Assembly (NCBI GenBank): GCA_002269645.1
Contig: NIVC01000266.1
Coordinates: 1 to 64,000 of the forward strand
Length of the DNA: 64,000 nt
Direction: 5' to 3'
DNA from: Macrostomum lignano
Lineage: Eukaryota
Part shown: piece by piece, positions 61,666-64,000 of the stretch
Numbering within the stretch: the first letter of the stretch is position 1
Layout of the letters: each line of letters starts with the position of its first letter
Program-made: the position numbers and the translations under genes
Notes under the pieces: generated by a model
Databases searched by the model: none
What the model was told of the DNA's origin: nothing
The model's input: the letters and a program-made list of their open reading frames with translations, nothing else

Positions 61666-62417
61666 GACAGCACACAGACAGAACTCATTGCCCGATCTTG
61701 CGAAGACACGAGTTCATAACCTGTCAAGCAGTAATGATAGCTCGGTGATGCTGATCCTCGCTCCCAATTAACCTGCTACTCCCACACCTCATCTCTGTCC
61801 TGAAATGCCGCCTTCTGCTGACTCATGCATGCCTTCTGCCCGCCAAAGCCCGAGCTGTTCTCTGGTTCGAGCCGATGGGAGCAGCCAAATGCAGGTGAGT
61901 CGCAATTATAAAATCCCTCAAGCTCGAATGATGCTCTCCCTGGAGCAACAAAATCCGTACAACTTCCCTATTAACTGAGTTCCCCAAGGTGACCTCCCAT
62001 AACCCGCTCCCGCGGTGGGATATGCCCAGATTCCCGCACGGAAATCCCCTTCAACTTCCTCTTTGCGACGGGAAAATTATAGCCGCAGAGAAAAACATTT
62101 TCCTCTTCATCATTCGAATCCAGAATTGGTCGATAATGCGAGAAGGACTTCGATTGATCCTGAGGTAGCGGAGGAGTCTCTACTACGGATCAGGCAGGGT
62201 TTCGGTGGCTGGGAGCGCTGCTTAGTCATTTGTTTGTGTTGGCCTGCCTGCCGCTTAGCGGTATCGATCGGTGGCGGAATCAAAATGGGTCTCCGTTTGA
62301 TGGTGGAATGGGTAGGGGAGTCTGGGAGACCACCAGACTGGGAGATCGGGTGCTCAATGCCCCTGTATGAACTCCAACCTGCTGTAAATAGCAATGATTG
62401 GCATTTGAGTCACTTAG

Positions 62418-63006
<589 letters not shown>

Positions 63007-63062
63007 GGCATCTATAAATACACCCAGATGCTCGTGAGCGGCCAGCAAAGTCCAAAATAAAC

Positions 63063-63453
63063 TTTATCCAGCCTCATCAAAACAATTTCGCGGCAGAGTT
63101 CCCCATCCTCAGATTCCCAAATGCCGAGCCTCGGCCACTTCATCAAAGCCGCATCATTCGAAGCCGTCAAAACTGATCCAGAATCCCCTCGCACTGACAG
63201 CTGGAAGAGGCGGCCGGCTGCAAGAGAAGGGGGGTCGGGCAGATTTCTCAGCAGGGGGTCGAGGATCCGAAGCCGCTGAGAAGAGGCTACTGAGAAGTTT
63301 TCAAATATTTCCGACGGTCCCATCTGGATGGATGGCAAAGCTCCAGCTCACTCGCTACTGTTCCCACTCTCTTCATCGTCTCGTTTTTATCCCTAATGAG
63401 AAGCCGCTGGTGAGAGAAGTCGAACTTCTGCCGGTTTTGAAAACCGCCGCAAC
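63063..63453 (-). CDS. Two candidate internal exons of an unidentified gene (weak WD40-like hint)
   Basis: TTGCCTGCAG|63453-63352|GTGAGC and TTCTCTTGCAG|63217-~63063 join in phase 1 to give GCGGFQNRQKFDFSHQRLLIRDKNETMKRVGTVATGRLFQLSVRGDSGSVLTASNDAALMKWPRLGIWESEDG. The second donor is weak. Confidence 0.33.
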
Positions 63454-63764
63454 CTGCAGGCAAGGCAAGCTGAAAGCAGAAAGCAGAAGCAGAGGACAGC
63501 AGAAACAATGGAGAAGCGTGGAGCCTGCAGAAGCGACAGGCCCACTTGTGAGTCCAAGTGCTCTGATGAGAGCGGCAGAGCGCTCGCTCATAATCAAACT
63601 AATCAAAGGAGTTCGGCGAACTGCTGCTGTCTGAGAATAGAGACAGAGCTCCAACTCGTTACCGACGTCTGGGCCGGTGTGGGTCTGAGTTGAGTCATTT
63701 GGAGAGGTATGACAATGGCGAGAGGGGGTGGGAAAAGAGAGAATGAGTTAAGATCTAGACAGGA

Positions 63765-64000
63765 GAGGGTAGACAGGAGATGGTAGACAGGAGAGGGTAG
63801 ACAGGAGATGGTAGACAGGAGATGGTAGACAAGAGAGGGTAGACAGGAGATGGTAGACAGGAGATGGTAGACAGGAGAGGGTAGACAGGAGATGGTAGAC
63901 AGGAGATGGTAGACAAGAGAGGGTAGACAGGAGATGGTAGACAAGAGATGGTAGACAAGAGAGGGTAGACAGGAGATGGTAGACAAGAGATATTAGACAT
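63765..64000. repeat. 14-bp repeat GTAGACAGGAGA(T/G)G running to the window end
   Basis: Directly visible. Confidence 0.93.

Overview
Eukaryotic, intron-rich and extremely tandem-repeat-rich genomic DNA. The GC-rich exons, minisatellite-filled introns and (GTCT/GACA)n arrays fit a free-living flatworm such as Macrostomum; this taxon call is inference. Six genes can be spliced by hand with phase-consistent GT-AG introns: an ankyrin-repeat protein (+, 7634-9972), TAM41 (+, 12621-13811), and a co-oriented minus-strand cluster DDX51 - ABT1/ESF2 - GSS - LPCAT1/2 (30612 to 14630). The cluster looks like a trans-spliced operon. GSS and LPCAT have no usable genomic ATG at their conserved N-termini, and all four genes have an in-frame (phase-0) 3' acceptor at the 5' end, as expected if the AUG ending flatworm spliced leaders supplies Met1. 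A 310-bp MITE (14-bp TIR, 8-bp TSD) in a DDX51 intron carries a degenerate 64-bp piece of 28S rRNA spanning the R2/I-PpoI target site. Several exons are bracketed by inverted copies of a local repeat family. The region 1.7-6.9 kb is a 139/158-bp satellite that resembles amplified subterminal repeats of a DNA transposon. The region 33-64 kb is a mosaic of mini/microsatellites with short unique islands. Nearly all long ORFs in the supplied track are repeat read-throughs. All alignments were done by eye from remembered family sequences; no searches were run.
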